Shown piece after piece: positions 63,843 through 64,000 of a DNA stretch of 64,000 bases. The position numbers and the translations under genes were made by a program. Numbering within the stretch: the first letter of the stretch is position 1; each line of letters begins with the position of its first letter. The stretch spans positions 33,418,001 to 33,482,000 of the forward strand of contig OX597836.1 in the NCBI GenBank assembly GCA_951406725.2, read 5' to 3'. Under the pieces are notes generated by a model. It saw nothing but the letters and a program-made list of their open reading frames with translations, was not told the DNA's origin and did no database searches. This DNA is from Octopus vulgaris. Lineage: Eukaryota.

Positions 63843-64000
63843 TAATAATAATAATAATAATAATGATAAATTCTTTTATTGGCTACAAGGGCTAACAAAA
63901 ATCAATTAAAACATAAAGGGACAAAACACAGGACGAAAGTTACAAAGGGTTTTGTCCGTTTGAAAAAGGTCCAGATTCTTCCCATTGTTTTGAAATGTAA

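Overview
This is an AT-rich eukaryotic window made almost entirely of repeats. The mix of tRNA-headed SINE families, dense (TA)n/(CA)n/(AAT)n/(TATG)n microsatellites, RTE/CR1/Dong-R4 LINE relics, MITEs and a Helitron looks like a coleoid cephalopod (Octopus-like) intronic or intergenic region; that assignment is inference from repeat content. Nearly all ORFs in the supplied track are microsatellite or SINE artefacts, and I recognise no known host gene. The only host-coding candidate is a phase-compatible 2-3 exon chain on + (4995-5056, 6471-6532, 7024-7151) that would encode an unknown 83-aa peptide with GR/KR motifs. The most interesting structures are: (1) hammerhead-ribozyme motifs in Penelope-like repeats, including a near-canonical one at 54942-55029 in a tandem direct repeat; (2) a fold-back mariner element built from two transposase 3' ends (13007-13695); (3) a GGATCTT-ended MITE family with 8-bp target-site duplications (TSDs), Merlin-like; (4) SINE multimers that share one AG|GT junction; (5) an array of 68-bp mini-inverted-repeat units with variable spacers at 1-899. 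Boundaries were read by eye and are approximate unless TSDs or terminal inverted repeats (TIRs) are quoted.
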